Assembly (NCBI GenBank): GCA_964057225.1
Contig: OZ059894.1
Span: forward strand, 12,028,001-12,092,000
Source: Auanema rhodensis
Lineage: Eukaryota; Animalia; Nematoda
DNA length: 64,000 nucleotides
Direction of reading: 5' to 3'
The translations under genes and the position numbers were made by a program. Positions 60,820-64,000 of this stretch are shown here, one piece after another. Under the pieces are notes generated by a model. That model was not told the origin of the DNA, did not search any database, and worked only from the letters and a program-made list of their open reading frames with translations. How positions within the stretch are numbered: position 1 is the first letter of the stretch; each line of letters starts with the position of its first letter.

Positions 60820-60828
60820 TGCCGGGAA

Positions 60829-61156
60829 TGTCACGGTCAACGTGAAAATACGAACTTTATTGTGTTAACGTTTTGTTGTATTTTTTGTATTAACTCCACC
60901 CCCTTTAACCATCTGGTGCCTCCCTATAAAAGGGAGAACCAAATGGTTAAAATTTTCATGTCTCACCAATTTTGTATTGATTTTAGGATTTCTTGGAATT
61001 TCTAGAATCAATCCACTTGTTCACTTTACTGTTGTTGCATTTATTGAATAAACCTTTCTTCATTTAACTTGTCTTAACGCATAATACCGCACTCATACGA
61101 ACCGACTCCATACTTGGACTGATACTTGGAGGTAAAAGTCCAGTTGTCAAGCGACA
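60829..61156 (+). repeat. 3' LTR
   Basis: Copy of 49289-49616, preceded by a short purine-rich GCCGGGAA. Confidence 0.96.
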
Positions 61157-61224
61157 GGCCCAACGTTGCTTGACTTGCCAGATCGGACGGGATGGCGTAC
61201 TTTCAACGTGGTATGGTCGTAAGC
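61157..61224 (-). pseudogene. 5S: 5S rRNA 5' half (nt 1-68)
   Basis: 5S resumes with the duplicated GGCCC. Confidence 0.93.
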
Positions 61225-61366
61225 AATGTCATATTCTTCATTATCAGTTATATCACTCTAAATCTTGTTGTTAATAGATACGACCACAAAGAAAACAACA
61301 GGAACAGTAACAATAACAAAAAAAATTTTTTTTTCACCTATGTGTCTAAAGGTTAGCCATGTATCC

Positions 61367-61416
<50 letters not shown>

Positions 61417-62593
61417 ACAGTAAAAAGTCCAATCAAGAGAGAAATTTTTTCAACACATAGTTGTTTTTTTTTTAAATATCATTGTTTTTCCTCATAACTC
61501 GGTTTAAACTCGTTCTAACCCGTTGAAATACGTCTAGAAAGTCTTTATAACATGCATATGTATGATAGAACTTCATATTTATTGTAATAGAAAATTTTAT
61601 TTTCAGACGTCTTGGTTAACAATGATATGTTTTACCCCCTTATAATTTTTATCATAATGTTCCTTATACGGAACGCTCAATGAAACTTGCTTCCAGAAAA
61701 ATTTCTTTCTATTTTTTCTTCATATGTACGTAGATACTATAGAGAACTATGATAGAAAACTTTAACATTCACGAAATCATCATTTCTCATTACGCTACGG
61801 AGGTTTAAAAAGCTGTGTTTTACCTTATAATAGACCGGAAAACCCTTGTGTTAAAACTGGACCGTTTTTACACATATAAAAATGTCCCGTATTCGGGACC
61901 CTAATGTAACTTTTGATTCCCTATATTTTTTTTCATGAAATTTACAATCTACTGTAGAAAGAAGAATTATTTTTATAAAAACTGTAAATTTTTGAAAAAT
62001 GAAAACAAAACGAAAACAAAAACAACTTTTTTTTGAACATTTTCTCACACAAGGGTCCCCCCTTACCTACTTTTTTTCTCATTACTCGTTTCAACCTCAT
62101 CCGATCACTCTGCAAACATGTTTAATCGTTCTAACTTGTTGAAATACGTCTTAAAAGTCTAAACAACATGCATATGCATAATAGAAACCACCCGAATAGG
62201 CCCCCACGCACTAAACGAGATATATACATTACCAGTATAGTAATAGAACACATATTGAAGATTAATTCGATAAGAACAATTTATTGACGTAGAGAATGTT
62301 TGTTCCGAAAAACTACAATATTAAACTATAAAAGTAACAAAAGCGTAGAGGCAGCAAAGACATGAATAAACATAAATGTAAATACAGAATTACCAGGTAG
62401 TACATAAGTATGACAAAAAATTATAAGAAAGCCATGAAAATAGAAGGTTTGTGAACAAATGAGAGGTACATCTTTGATCGTATAGTCATTTCTAAACCGT
62501 TCGTATGCTGCAGCATCGTCATAAGCGTCACTCAAGTTGAATTTCCATGTGTACTACACGATTTTCATTCTTATTGTTACATTCTTTCCCTGA

Positions 62594-62782
62594 GGGAATG
62601 GGCCGTTCCCGCCAGCAGTGCAAGAGCGGGTCGACCCGTGAGGTGGAGCTAGCAAGCCAGCATCTACCTCAAGTCTCAAAAATCGGTTAACCTTATTGTG
62701 AACCAATGGAACACATATCGAAGGTTAATTCGATAAGAACGATTACTACACTTTGATCTTAGCCAAAAGGCCGAGAAGCGAT
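62594..62782 (-). ncRNA. U2: U2 snRNA
   Basis: Intact array copy. Confidence 0.95.
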
Positions 62783-63224
62783 ACAGCATAGCCATGAGTA
62801 TCAAAGACATCAAGCAAATGTATCGTACTTGTTACGAGTGCACTCTCTCATTTGAATATAAAAGTGTGGTTTGACAATCTTGACTGTACAGGTCATAAAT
62901 GGCTCATATAAACTGTGGATTTACTCAACTTTTGGACTTATTTTTTTCTTATTCGAAGCGCTGCACTTTTTTCTATTCTTTTTATTCAAATACTTGTATA
63001 TAGTTTTATATGTACGGTTGCAAAGTTTCCGAATATTTTATATATTTTTATACAATAATTAGGAGAAGGTTAATACAATGAAATCTCCCAACTTTACAGT
63101 GTTTGTATTGCTTACAGTATCTAGAACAACCACTCTTGTAATATTAGAGCACATATCAATCAACAACTTTTTCTAGTTATCAAAGTTTTTTTATTTCTTC
63201 AAGATATTTCAAATAAAATATAAA

Positions 63225-63343
63225 AGCTTACGACACCCGGGATTCCCAAGCCGTCTCCGATCCAAGTACTAACCGGGCCCAACGTTGCTTGACTTGCCAG
63301 ATCGGACGGGATGGCGTACTTTCAACGTGGTATGGTCGTAAGC
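63225..63343 (-). rRNA. 5S: 5S rRNA
   Basis: Array copy. Confidence 0.96.
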
Positions 63344-63584
63344 AATGTTATATTCTTCATTATCAGTTATATCACTCTAAATCTTGTTGTTAATAGTTAG
63401 GACCACAAAGAAAACAACAGGAACAGTAACAAATGAAATGCCCAAACTTTACAGTGTTCGAGTTATTTACAGTATCTAAGACTACCTCTGTCGTGTTATT
63501 AGAGCAAACATTCGATTAACAACAACTTTTTTTTAGTTATCAAAGCTTTTTTATTTCTTCAAAAAATTTCAAATAAAATATAAA

Positions 63585-63703
63585 AGCTTACGACACCCGG
63601 GATTCCCAAGCCGTCTCCGATCCAAGTACTAACCGGGCCCAACGTTGCTTGACTTGCCAGATCGGACGGGATGGCGTACTTTCAACGTGGTATGGTCGTA
63701 AGC
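63585..63703 (-). rRNA. 5S: 5S rRNA
   Basis: Array copy. Confidence 0.96.
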
Positions 63704-63845
63704 AATGTCATATTCTTCATTATCAGTTATATCACTCTAAATCTTGTTGTTAATAGATACGACCACAAAGAAAACAACAGGAACAGTAACAATAACAAAA
63801 AAAATTTTTTTTTCACCTATGTGTCTAAAGGTTAGCCATGTATCC

Positions 63846-63891
<46 letters not shown>

Positions 63892-64000
63892 ACAGTAAAA
63901 AGTCCAATCAAGAGAGAAATTTTTTCAACACATAGTTGTTTTTTTTTTAAATATCATTGTTTTTCCTCATAACTCGGTTTAAACTCGTTCTAACCCGTTG

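Larger units (their letters stand above)
49289..61156 (+). mobile_element. BEL/Pao (Belpaoviridae, Cer-like) LTR retrotransposon / endogenous virus with env, 11868 bp
   Basis: 328-bp TG..CA LTRs, 5-bp TSD GGCCC (49284-49288, 61157-61161), PBS, gag-PR-RT-RH-IN-env order. Confidence 0.96.
1..64000. repeat. Tandem array of ~2.47-2.50 kb U2 + 2x5S units (17 units, interrupted by transposons)
   Basis: Identical spacer ORFs recur with periods of 2469-2501 bp (e.g. 7589, 10078, 12547, 15041). Length differences come from the (TA)n tract. Confidence 0.98.

Overview
Nematode-like, AT-rich tandem array filling the whole window. There are 17 copies of a ~2.47-2.50 kb unit. Each unit carries one U2 snRNA gene and two identical 5S rRNA genes (all minus strand), plus a length-variable (TA)n tract. 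Five insertions of four element types interrupt the array. (1) Two near-identical full-length Utopia-type (NeSL-clade, RLE) non-LTR retrotransposons sit at the U2 branch-point site (1190-4925, 24737-28472). (2) A 784-bp non-coding element sits at exactly the same U2 site (18949-19732); it looks like a non-autonomous partner, and a degenerate head-to-tail junction of it is fixed in every repeat unit. (3) An intact Tc3-like DD34E DNA transposon sits in a (TA)n tract (16057-17606). (4) An 11.9-kb BEL/Pao LTR element sits inside a 5S gene (49289-61156). It has a phlebovirus-Gc-like env, a 1651-bp internal tandem duplication, a 3' zinc-knuckle accessory ORF and a three-exon antisense gene that the ORF track misses. 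All U2 copies read GUAGUA-AUCG instead of the near-invariant GUAGUA-UCUG, right at the retrotransposon target site. The short ORFs repeated once per unit are spurious.
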